From the NCBI GenBank assembly GCA_051294375.1, contig CM119268.1, positions 740,324 to 793,969 of the forward strand: DNA of 53,646 nt, read 5' to 3'. Position 1 is the stretch's first letter; every line of letters starts with the position of its first letter. Source of the DNA: Paraspadella gotoi (taxonomy: Eukaryota > Animalia > Chaetognatha). The notes beneath the pieces are model-generated. The model did no database searches and was not told the origin of the DNA. It saw nothing but the letters and a program-made list of their open reading frames with translations. Shown piece by piece: positions 1 through 12,700 of the stretch. A program made the translations under genes and the position numbers.

Positions 1-407
1 TCGAGGATAAAAATTTTTTAAAAAATGAATTTATTTGTAGTTGGGCATTGCAATATCTTCACCCCTTATATATTCATTAGTAATTTAATGTAAAGATTAA
101 TTCGATGAATCAACCAGTAACAAAGTTGGTTAAAATTCACTCTTTGCCGCGATTTTGTTGCAAAAAAAATTTTTTTGTTATTATTCAATTTCAAATAAGT
201 CATAATTGCTGAAATCGCCCAATATGAGCTTAAAATTAAAAATATGTTTGTATTAAGCTTTAAAGATTAAGTTGATGGTTACTGTTAGCAATTGAGACTT
301 AGATTAAAGATTAGAGTTTGGGGAAAGGGTTAGGGATTAGGCACCTTAATAATGTTTGGGTCAGATTTTGAGGCACAGATTTCGTGAAAGATATATATAA
401 ATATATA

Positions 408-660
408 TGTAGATAAGGCGCTTAGTGGGCTGAAGATGACTATCCGTAACTACTAAAATTCCCTCTAGCACCCATAGAACGGGTCCTGGGCTTGGAACCA
501 GGCTTCAGGGTTTGCCAAGCCCCCAAGGGGGCTTTCGGCCGTCCTCACTCTTCCCGCAGGGTAGGTACCGGCTTGGGATTGAACACAGTACCTCGTGGTC
601 ATGAGCTGATGCCTTTACTCAATGAGCCACCGGGGTGAACCTAAGCAATGCCCGACTACA
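408..660 (-). mobile_element. SINE family 1 (tRNA-like head with CAT anticodon loop, twister-like core)
   Basis: Minus strand reads CCCCGGTGGCTCATTGAGT (A box) ..AGCTCATGACC.. GTTCAATCCC (B box), then GAGGACGGCCG..CCTGGTTCCAAGCCCAGG..CTTCAGCCCACTAAGCGCCTTATCTAC; homologous copies at about 20955, 21835, 32470, 40836 and 53039. Confidence 0.75.
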
Positions 661-746
661 TATATATAAACTATTAAAAAGAAATTTAAATATTTATTTA
701 AACCGATTTCACGATAAATCAGGCTAACCTAGCTTACCAAGCTTAC

Positions 747-3700
747 CTTGATGACAGAAGCCAAGACAAGCAGTCAAAAACGCGACGCCGACGAATGAAT
801 CAACAACAACAATGAAAAGAACCGAAACGACGAAAATAAGGATGGAATCGACGATGAAAATTACGAGTTTTCGAGAAACTAGGGGGAAAAATANNNNNNN
901 NNNNNNNNNNNNNNNNNNNNNNNNNNNNNNNNNNNNNNNNNNNNNNNNNNNNNNNNNNNNNNNNNNNNNNNNNNNNNNNNNNNNNNNNNNNNNNNNNNNN
1001 NNNNNNNNNNNNNNNNNNNNNNNNNNNNNNNNNNNNNNNNNNNNNNNNNNNNNNNNNNNNNNNNNNNNNNNNNNNNNNNNNNNNNNNNNNNNNNNNNNNN
1101 NNNNNNNNNNNNNNNNNNNNNNNNNNNNNNNNNNNNNNNNNNNNNNNNNNNNNNNNNNNNNNNNNNNNNNNNNNNNNNNNNNNNNNNNNNNNNNNNNNNN
1201 NNNNNNNNNNNNNNNNNNNNNNNNNNNNNNNNNNNNNNNNNNNNNNNNNNNNNNNNNNNNNNNNNNNNNNNNNNNNNNNNNNNNNNNNNNNNNNNNNNNN
1301 NNNNNNNNNNNNNNNNNNNNNNNNNNNNNNNNNNNNNNNNNNNNNNNNNNNNNNNNNNNNNNNNNNNNNNNGATTGTGGGCGTATTGTCGTTCGGGGCCT
1401 TTGCTGTATTGGGGCCCCTCATCGGTGAAACGGCGGGCTTATGAGGGATCTTATGAACATACGGACAAACCAGTAGAAAATGAAACCCGAGTCAGTAGGT
1501 CAACGGACTCCACTCTCTTACAAGATGAGAACATAGCCAGGGCCCTTAATGTACATTTCAAAATCAAAGAAATATGTTATCCGTGAAATGCTTAAGATTT
1601 ATAGTACAATCACTATTTGATGTTTTAAGTAACTACTTTATTTTTTATCTGAGCGTTAAGTGAGTTAGAAAACAGGCTATTGAAGAGACAGTGATAACAG
1701 TTGTGTGTTAGTGAAAACAGAAACCGTTTCAATATAAAGCAGTTCCCGTGAGTTTGGATCAGAGCTGGTAACAGCCATGTTACAGGCGGCGTTAAAAGCG
1801 CCCCAATCTCCTCTACTGCTAGGCCAACCACGGGCATAGAACCCCAGACCTTTGAGGTAGGGCCGCCGATCCCGTAACAGGACAAAACCGTCGAGATGCG
1901 ACTTTGGACGGATGATCCATCAATTGTCTCGTTGAAGGCGTCGACGCGACACTCGGCGAAGGATTCCGAGAGCATCGGAGGAAGAAAGACTCTCATCCCG
2001 AACATGCCGACGCTCTGAGAGAATCCGTAGAGGATAAAGACGAGAAAGAGTCGATGCTTGAAGAGACGTTGGAATATGGCGAAGGAAGTCGTTTGGGTCG
2101 GTGGATCATTTTCCGGAGTCAGAGGATCGGAAGGAAGGCTGTCGTCTTCACCTTCGTCTGTGGGATCAAGTTTCTCTGCATCGACTGAGTTCCGATTGGC
2201 TGAATTACGATCAGCTAATCTGCCATTGGCTGATTTCCCATCGGTTGTTTCGCGATCAGCTAATCTTTTATTGGCTAATTTTTCATTGGCTGATTTCTGA
2301 TCAGCTGATTTTTTGTTCGACGTCTTCCCATTAGCTGATTCCTGCTGGGCTATTTTCTGATAAGCGGATTTGTCAGCAGCTGATTTGACATCAGCTGATT
2401 TCCCATCAGCTGATTTCCTATCAGCTGATTTCTCATCAGCTGATTTCCCATCAGCTGATTTCCCATCAGCTGATTCCTCATTGTCTTCGAGTTCAAACAT
2501 AAAGATGGTAAAGAATAAAATCAAAAACCACAAACAACCGAGGAGCATCAACGAAGATTTCCAGCCCGACCTGGTCATAAAAAAAACTTAGCATTACATT
2601 TTAAACTTTCTTTCCTTTCTCTCCTACTCTTACTATACAACTTTGCAATACTGTTTTTTTTGGTCAAAATAAATCTTATGGTGCACTAAAATCCACCAAC
2701 CGTTCTTCAGCGGCCATTGGTGCCGGAGGCAAGTCATTCGCTCCCAACCCTAAGGTTCTGGGGTTCTGCTCTGGTGGTCGCCTCATAGAGGGACCGGCGC
2801 GCTTAACCCGCCTGTAACATGGTGCTTACAGCCTGTCGAATAGCTCAGGGACTGCTTATATTGAACGGGTCTGTCATTAACTCATAACAATAATTACTGT
2901 CTCTTCTATCTGTTTTATGTTCACTTATTTAAATTTGTATAGTTATGGAAAATTGTGAAATAAATTAAACTAAGTATAAAACTTGAAAAATAACTAGTTG
3001 TAAAAGCCAATTCCTGTCAAAGCGTTTGTTATGCATATTGCATTATTGCATAATCAATTAATCATTAGAACAGCTACAAATGTTATCAGTTAATGAATTT
3101 AAGTCGATACGGCGCAACAACTAATAGCCGTTCTTTGTTAATATACAGTAATATAACTTCAAAAACTTTTAAAATCTAACCTGGTGATAACCAAGTCGGT
3201 TAAAAGCGGAAGAACCATCATTCCCAACGGAGCCCCGCAATTGGAGATTCCATAAGCAAGGGCGCGATACCTGATCGTTGCCCGGCCTGTGAAGTGAGTT
3301 GAAAAATAACTAGTTGTAAAAGCCAATTCCTGCAAAGCGTTTGTTATGCATATTGCATTATTGCATAATCAATTAATCATTAGAACAGCTACAAATGTTA
3401 TCAGTTAATGAATTTAAATCGATACGGCGCAACAACTAATAGCCGTTCTTTGTTAATATACAGTAATATAACTTCAAAAACTTTTAAATCTAACCTGGTG
3501 ATAACAAGTCGGTTAAAAGCGGAAAGAACCATCATTCCCACGGAGCCCCGCAATTGGAGATTCCATAAGCAAGGGCGCGATACCTGATCGTTGCCCGGCC
3601 TGTGAAGTGAGTCAAAGTTTAGTTTCTCGTGAAACAAGGATTCTAAAATCGAAAAGTTCTCGTATGGTGGACTAAAAATCCACCAACCGTTCATCAGCGG

Positions 3701-6700
3701 CCATTGGTGCCAGAGGCAAGTCATTCGCCTCCCAACCAAAGGTCCGGGGTTCTTGCCCGGTGGTCGCCTAGCAGTAAGAGGGACGGAGCGCTTAACCCGC
3801 CTGTAACATGGTGTTACAGCCTGATCCGAAGCTCATTGACTGCTTATATTGAACGGTTCTGCACTAACACATAACAATAATTACTGTTCTCTTCATCGGG
3901 TTCGAACTCTGGTCTGAATGGTCATTGCAATAGAATGATAGGCCACAGTGGTCACTTATTGAAATGGGCACGCCAAGTGAGGGGAGACAAATTGAAGGTT
4001 AGTTTACATTGTGTTTATATTAAGTTTGAATAAATTATACTTAGGTTATATAATTTACTTATAAGTTTAGTTTCTTATTTGTCCTAATTCAACATTATAT
4101 ATTTTTGTAGTTTTTAACTTGCACACTTGCTTACTTGCTACTTGCTTGCATCATCATCTGTCATTTGGTCTTCAACTTTCTATCTAAGATTGGAAATTGT
4201 TTTTTTCTCAAAATGTTGTTCCTATTTATGCTTTATTACAACATGGTTCTAGGATTATAAGGTTAGAGTTAAGTTTTTTTACATGTTAGAATGTTTGTTT
4301 TCCAAATATTTATTTGAGAGCAGTTGAGCACGAATTTGAATTCAATAATTATTTATGGCACTCAAGAAGAATAAAGATGAAACTTAGTTTTGTTTCATTT
4401 GCGATAATATTGGATTATCTAGAGCTCGCGTTAAGAAGCGCTTCACCTTAAACCTAGGACTAAGCTCTGACGAAAAAAGCCAGAGGTTTTTTTAATATAT
4501 TCTTTTACCGGCCAATGTAGAATGATGGCAATATTGCTATTGTTAAGTTTCAAAAAAATCCGATCATAAATATAGAAAATATTAACCAAAATCTTCGGAA
4601 AATCCACCCCTTCTTTGGAAGATTTTCGCCATAGAAGAATTTTCCCGAATCTGACTCCCGGTTGAAAACTCTTAGAATTCCGAACGTAAGCTCCTCTTTT
4701 ACTTTTACTTTAAATAAAAATTTCACCAAAATGGACTAATTCACTTTACCATGATCGTTTTCATATTAAAATAACTAAATAAAATGTAAAGAAAAATTTT
4801 GAGAGCCCTTCAGACATATGGCTATCGAATTCCTGAATTCGAAGTTTATTGTAAAATCACAACATGCCTTAAATGCGTTTATATTGTAATGAAGTGAGAA
4901 ATCCCTTTATTTATATAGAAAAATTGAGATGAAAATTTTTTCCTGAGCAGACCAGTCCATTTAAATTTGATGGTTTGATATCAAAATGATGGTTAATCAT
5001 AAAGAGAAAAAAAATGCGAGCCCTTCAGATGCAAACAGGATCTGAATCGAGTCTTTTTACATCAATTGGGGATGTGCATCGTTTCTAAACTATTTAGTAT
5101 TTTTAAATGAATTTGGTACCGATCGATAGGAAATTCAAAAATATCTACATACAAAATTTCATCAAAATCGGATAATCCGTTCAAAAGTTATGGCAAAAAA
5201 ACGATCTCGAAAATCGCGCTTCGAATCGATCAACTTTCGCTTAAAATCGAACTCGTTTTGATCCAATAAGGATTGAACTTCGCGTAGTACTAAGCTTTAA
5301 ATCGGTAATCGCGATTAGGCGCAATCCGGCCTCGTAAGAGTAATTGAAGAAGCGAAACAAGGAAAAGAGGTAATCATTAGAAAGGTAAATGATAAAAATA
5401 ATAAAATTTAACAGAATATGTAAGATAAATCATAAGAGAACAAACAAGTTATCAATGCAAAGTATAGCGAGTGATATCGCCAGCAAAATTACTATTTAAC
5501 TAACGTCAATTTAAATTTAATATCGTTAATTCAAGATCAGGAATTAAAGATTGAGAATTCACTACGTCACTTCACGATTAATTTTTCATTTTTGAATCAT
5601 TTTCAATTTGACGAAAATTGATTTGACTATGATAACATAAAACTATTATTAAAAGAAATGATTGATTTACAAATTGATGAAATGAATAAAATTAATTAAA
5701 CTAATAACGAGACGATGGTTTAATATTTAAATTTGTCATATTCTGAATCCTTATTTTATTATAAATAAGTTTGAGCAAACAATATCGGATTTGCCTACAA
5801 TAATTTAGTGCCAATCAGCTAAAAAGTATGCAGTGAAAAAAGTATCAAGTTGAAAAAAGTATGCAAGTTGAAAAAAGTATGCAAGTTGAAAAAAGTATGC
5901 AGTTGAAAAAAGTATGCAAGTTGAAAAAAATTATTCAAGAGTATGCAATTTAAAAAAGTATGCAATTTGAAGAAAGTATGCAAAAGTATGCCAATTTGAA
6001 AAAAATGATGCAAAGTATGCAATTTTAATAAAATGTATGCAAAAGTATGCAATTTGAAAAAAATGTATGCAAAATATGCAATTTTAAAAAGTATGCAAAA
6101 GTATGCAATTTCAAAAATGTATGCAAAAGTATGCAATTTAAAAAATTTATGCAAAAGAATGCAATTTAAATAAGTATGCAAAAATATCATAAATAGGAAA
6201 AGTATGCATACTTGAAAAGTATGCATACTTTGAAAAAGTATGCATACTTTGAAAAAAGTATGCCTACTTTTTTGAAGTATGCATACTTTTTTCAAAGTAT
6301 GATACTTTGAAAAATTATGCATATTTTAAAAAAAGTATGCATACTTCAAAAAAGTATGCATACTTGAAAAAAGTATGCCATACTTTGAAAAAAGTATGCA
6401 TATTTTAAAAAAAAGTATGCATACTTTTTTGAAAGTATGCATACTTTTCAAAGTTAGCATACTTTTTTCAAAGTATGCATACTTTTTTTCAAATTGCAAC
6501 TTTTTTTAAATATCCTACTTTTTTCAATCACGTCACGTCAATGAATGACTAGCATCGCATCAATGAATACAATCATCGCATCAATATGACTATCATCGCA
6601 TCAATGAATGATTATCATCCGATCAATGAAGGACTTCATCGCATCAATGAATGATTATCATTGCATCAATGAATGACTATCATCGCATCATCATTTGGTT

Positions 6701-9700
6701 ATTCATCGCATCCATCCTTCGGTTATCATCGCATCAATATTGGTTATCATCGCATCAATATTTGGTTATCATCGCATCAATATTTGGTTATCATCAAAAG
6801 TAGGCTCGATCCTATTGCTTTTAAGATTAATAATTAATGTCTCTTCAAGAGATAAGATAAAGAGACTAACAAGGGACAAAACGACGCCGAGAACGCCAAT
6901 ATCACGGGCGTGAAATTCAAAACATTTTATACAGACCGCGTTCTAAAACGTAAAAATACGGTGAAAGCCATGTTGAAATATGGTATTTATCTGGCCCGGA
7001 TCACGCATGATCAATGCTTATTTTTAATTGATGTCCTCATTGGATAAACTACGTCAACCATTTCAATACAGACCGGAACGCGCTTTAAAAAAGCTTTTAG
7101 CGTGCAAAAACTTGATATCCTTTCTATTTGCTCTAAATTTAATAAGCTCTCTAAATTTACCCCCGCGCTCTACCTGAAACGATGTAAAAACAATACAGTT
7201 TCTTTCGAGTCTTAGAACAAAAAAAAATTGAAGGCTTGACATGCAGTTTTCACCTAAAAACCAGTTCATTTGATCTTTATCAAGCATTCAAATTTTATCT
7301 AGTAGAGAAGACAATAAGCTATCCGAAACCGTACTGATTTGTATGATTTGTTCTATTTTACAAAAGATCAAGCAGGTTTTTGGGAAGGGAAAAAAACGGT
7401 CTGACCAGTTCATTTAAATACCATTTCTTGGGCATGAATAAATGGAATTTCGATCGCGCTCTACCTCCGTTGGCTTCCCAAGACGCCAAGCTTTCGAAAT
7501 CTACCCATATTGATATAATTTATATGGGCCTTGACTATGCAGTTTTGAATAGAGTGAAATATAAAGGAATCTTGATCGGAACTTCGATTCGAACGATGCG
7601 CAAGCCCTACGATCAATTTTTATCGGGAACTTTTCCCAGGACCGTTTATATTGTTTGTAGTCAGATTTGAACGAAAATCTCCATTGAAAANNNNNNNNNN
7701 NNNNNNNNNNNNNNNCAAAGTTTAGTTTCTTCGTGAAACAAGGATTCTCTAAAATCGAAAAGTTCTCGTATGGTGGACTAAAAATCCACCAACCGTTCAT
7801 CAGCGGCATTGGTGCCAGAGGCAAGTCATTCGCCTCCCAACCAAAGGTCCGGGGGTTCTTGCCCGTGGTCGCCTAGCAGTAAGAGGGACGGAGCGCTTAA
7901 CCCGCCTGTAACATGGTGTTACAGCCTGATCCGAAGCTCATTACTGCTTATATTGAACGGTTCTGCACTAACACATAACAATAATTACTGTCTCTTCATC
8001 GGGTTCGAACTCTGGTCTGAATGGGTCATTGCAATAAGAATGATAGGCCACAGTGGTCACTTATTGAAATGGGCACGCCAAGTGAGGGGAGACAAATTGA
8101 AGGTTAGTTTACATTGTGTTTATATTAAGTTTGAATAAATTATACTTAGGTTATATAATTTACTTATAAGTTTAGTTTCTTATTAGTCCTAATTCAACAT
8201 TATATATTTTTGTAGTTTTTAACTTGCACACTTGCTTACTTGCTACTTGCTTGCATCATCATCTGTCATTTGGTCTTCAACTTTCTATCTAAGATTGGAA
8301 ATTGTTTTTTTCTCAAAATGTTGTTCCTATTTATGCTTTATTACAACATGGTTTTAGGATTATTAGGTTAGAGTTAAGTTTTTTTACATGTTAGAACTGT
8401 TTGTTTTCCAAATATTTATTTGAGAGCAGTTGAGCACGAATTTGAATTCAATAATTATTTATGGCACTCAAGAAGAATAAAGATGAAACTTAGTTTTGTT
8501 TCATTTGCGATAATATTGGATTATCTAGAGCTCGCGTTAAGAAGCGCTTCACCTTAAACCTAGGACTAAGCTCTGACGAAAAAAGCCAGAGGTTTTTTTA
8601 ATATATTCTTTTACCGGGCCAATGTAGAATGATGGCAATATTGCTATTGTTAAGTTTCAAAAAAATCCGATCATAAATATAGAAAATATTAACCAAAATC
8701 TTCGGAAAATCCACCCCTTCTTTGGAAGATTTTCGCCATAGAAGAATTTTCCCGAATCTGACTCCCGGTTGAAAACTCTTAGAATTCCGAACGTAAGCTC
8801 CTCTTTTACTTTTACTTTAAATAAAAATTTCACCAAAATGGACTAATTCACTTTACCATGATCGTTTTCATATTAAAATAACTAAATAAAATGTAAAGAA
8901 AAATTTGAGAGCCCTTCAGACATATGGCTATCGAATTCCTGAATTCGAAGTTTATTGTAAAATCACAACATGCCTTAAATGCGTTTATATTGTAATGAAG
9001 TGAGAAATCCCTTTATTTTATATAGAAAAATTGAGATGAAAATTTTTTCCTGAGCAGACCAGTCCATTTAAATTTGATGGTTTGATATCAAAATGATGGT
9101 TAATCATAAAGAGAAAAAAAATGCGAGCCCTTCAGATGCAACAGGATCTGAATCGAGTCTTTTTACATCAATTGGGGATGTGCATCGTTTCTAAACTATT
9201 TAGTATTTTTAAATGAATTTGTACCGATCGATAGGAAATTCAAAATATTATCTACATACAAAATTTCATCAAAATGGATAATCCGTTCAAAAGTTATGGC
9301 AAAAAAACGATCTCGAAAATCGCGCTTCGAATCGATCAACTTTCGCTTAAAATCGAACTCGTTTTGATCCAATAAGGATTGAACTTCGCGTAGTACTAAG
9401 CTTTAAATCGGTAATCGCGATTAGGCGCAATCCGGCCTCGTAAAGAAGTAATTGAAAGAGCGAAACAAGGAAAAGAGGTAATCATTAGAAAGGTAAATGA
9501 TAAAAATAATAAAATTATAACAGAATATGTAAGATAAATCATAAGAGAACAAACAGTTATCAAATGCCAGAAGTGTTAGCGAAGTGGATATCGATGCTCT
9601 CTTCTTTAAAATCTTCCTCGATCTCTAAAACGACGTCGACTCCTATTAAACCTAAACACTAAGCTTTAACCCTAACCATAAACCTTAAGCATTAGCCTAA

Positions 9701-12700
9701 AACCTAAAACCTAAAAACTGAATTCTGAATTTAAAATGAGATTAGGTATTTTGGGCATAATAAGGTAAAATAGTCTAAGAATTCCCTAATGCACGCAGAA
9801 GCTTTAAGTATGATAATTAAAAAATATTATATACCAATCAAATTCATGATGAAGAGCATAATACAACCAGCGGCGCAAAAAGGAATGATGCCAAGAAAGA
9901 CGATTAGGCTCGCTGCTGATGAAGCCATCCAAGATGCGCAAATGTAACTGGAAAAAAAATTATTAATATCATTTAAGGAAAAACTCACCAGTCTCTTTGG
10001 AAGCGTGTGCTCGAATCCCACCGCTGCCACCACATTTAAGGAAAAACTCATGGATTTCTATCGTTGAAATCAGGAAGATGATTTTATTCTGAGAATAAAG
10101 GTGACGGTGAGACACACGCAGGAGTCTTGTTCAATGCTACTGAATCTAAGACAAGCTATGTCTATTTATAACTAAGGAAGAGGATCGGCGACGTGGGTAA
10201 AATTTACAGTTCCAATGATACTGCAAGCTGATTGGTCGATTCCGGTTCCATGCTTTACCAATCAGGATTCAGCGAGATCGCCCGAGTCTCCGATCCGATT
10301 TGCTTTTGGTGCTATACTCTGCGATTATATATAAATTTGTTTAAATTTTAATAAATTAATTTGATAATTAAGCTGTATTTGTTATTTTCGTCTAATTTTA
10401 TAATGTTTTTTTTTTGCTAGACTTAGTCTAGTTTTTGTTGTTGATGATGATTGTACTGAATCAACCTCGTTGTATTCTAATAAAATCGCATATATATAAA
10501 TTATTAATATCATTTTACTTCTTATCAACATATATTTTAATCATTCATTGAAATTTTAGCTATTCTTTGTCCCTTCCTCATGCTTTGTCCCCTCCTCCTT
10601 CTTTGTTCTCCTCCTCATTCTTTGTCCCCTACTCATTTGAGGTATAGTCAGAGCAGTTATTTGACCACTTTTCAGGCAAAAATTCGCTGCGACTGATTTA
10701 GGTGGTCAAAAAGTCGAATTTGATTCATTTTCAGTGGAATGCGCGGAGGAGTAGGAAATCATTAAATGCTCTAACTTTTTGATTGAAGTAGAAGATAGAA
10801 GTATGAGCAAATATTACCAATGATTTAAAATTGTCCCCTTCCTCAATCTTTTTCCATTCCTCATTCATTGTCCCCTCTTCATTCTTTGTCCCCTCCTCAT
10901 TCCTCCTCCTCCTCCTCCCCCTTCCTTCTCGTTCACCTCTCACCCTTTCCCTCTCACCCGGTCGCGAGAACGATTCCCGCCAAAGTGAGCATGATCTGTC
11001 CAGAAATCCTTTTGAGAATCACAGCGTGAAGAGGAGAGAGAAAGTTAAATCCATAAGCGAGGCTTTGGACCCAAACGAGACTTGATCTCGAGGCTGAAAA
11101 GTCACGGAGCCAAATCTCAAAAAACGAGCCTAAAGAGGAAAGAAAACAGAAGAGCATGAGTAAAAAATCTTTATGAAATTGGTAAAACCAAAATAAAAAT
11201 TATCCATTCATTTAATAAATGAGCTATCTTGCCCCTGACTTTTGACAGGCTTTGGTGGTTAAAGGCCTCCATCACTCTTACAAGATAATGACATAGCAGG
11301 TCCCTGCAAGCTTTCAATCAAGACTCTTTCAAAGTCTCGTTTATTCACTCCAAGAGTACCTGGCTTCATTATCAATGAAGTAGTATAACATTTAAAAGAA
11401 TATTTCAATTTAATGTAATGTAATGTAATTTATTACATTTATTTCTCATAAAGCTTGCTGCGTCCANNNNNNNNNNNNNNNNNNNNNNNNNNNNNNNNNN
11501 NNNNNNNNNNNNNNNNNNNNNNNNNNNNNNNNNNNNNNNNNNNNNNNNNNNNNNNNNNNNNNNNNNNNNNNNNNNNNNNNNNNNNNNNNNNNNNNNNNNN
11601 NNNNNNNNNNNNNNNNNNNNNNNNNNNNNNNNNNNNNNNNNNNNNNNNNNNNNNNNNNNNNNNNNNNNNNNNNNNNNNNNNNNNNNNNNNNNNNNNNNNN
11701 NNNNNNNNNNNNNNNNNNNNNNNNNNNTTATATCATGTCAGAACATCGAATTATGATAAATTATTTAGGCAAAAACGATGATGTCCGTCCGTAAACGTTT
11801 GTAAACGTTAAAATATTTTGTTAAAGATTTGGCTACGAATTAGTGTATAGTGAATAGGTATAATAAGGTTAAGTATTTGGTGAAAGTTATTTAAGTTAAA
11901 TTTAAATTCATAGTTTAGGAACACAAATGGGTAGCTCTCGGAAAATAGTGCCAGATAATTACATTCACATTCGACTTACCCAGCGAGTGAGTGATGCCCA
12001 AAAGAAGGAACATGGAGACGAACCCGCCCACGACGATGGGAACTGACCAGATTGAATCTTTGGCGAAATTGGCGCGAGGAAAGAGACGCGCCAACAGATG
12101 GCGTGATAGGGAAGGCATGACGTAGAGAAGATGGCGTGGCTTCATAAAGATAAAAAATACTCACGCGCGAGCAAAAAAGAATCACGCCTGAAAACCTCAA
12201 TCAGCAGATTTGACCGGAGAATTTGCTGCAGTTATCACCGGTGAAGAAGGTTGAGGAGAACGTTTATCCGAATCCTAGGCTTTGAATCCAAACGAGATTT
12301 GATTTTATGCGAAGTCGAAAATTCATTCATCCAAATCTTCGAAAAAATGATCCTTGGAGGAAGAAAAAGGATTTGGCGGGAAAATTTAATAGATTCTAGA
12401 ATAATTGACACAATTGAGTCCGTTGGGAGTCGGAGCAAGTCGTGTCGCCTTATGTGAAATCGAAAGATCTTGAAGCTCAAGCCACTGAGTAGATTGGTCT
12501 TTGCTGAAATAGCATTGGGGACAATCTGCTCGCTTCTACTCGCTGACTTTTCTTTTCATAATTTTCCATCTCCTTTACTCTTTTTCCATTTCATCCTATT
12601 ATTTGACTGATCAATCTCTACAACATACACTACCTTATATAACATTTATACTAAATTGATGAAAAGACCGCTATAACATACTTACTTACATACATACATA

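Noticed and set aside
3299-3611. Mutually exclusive duplicated transporter exon
   Set aside because: Flanking intron is also near-identical and the second copy has indel frameshifts; more likely a redundant noisy read.
6533-6795. CRISPR-like array
   Set aside because: Contiguous tandem units with no unique spacers, eukaryotic context, no cas genes.
3613-9590. 1.9-kb segmental duplication as a biological event
   Set aside because: Second copy starts at a 25-N gap and differs mostly by 1-bp indels, typical of overfilled gaps or uncollapsed haplotypes.
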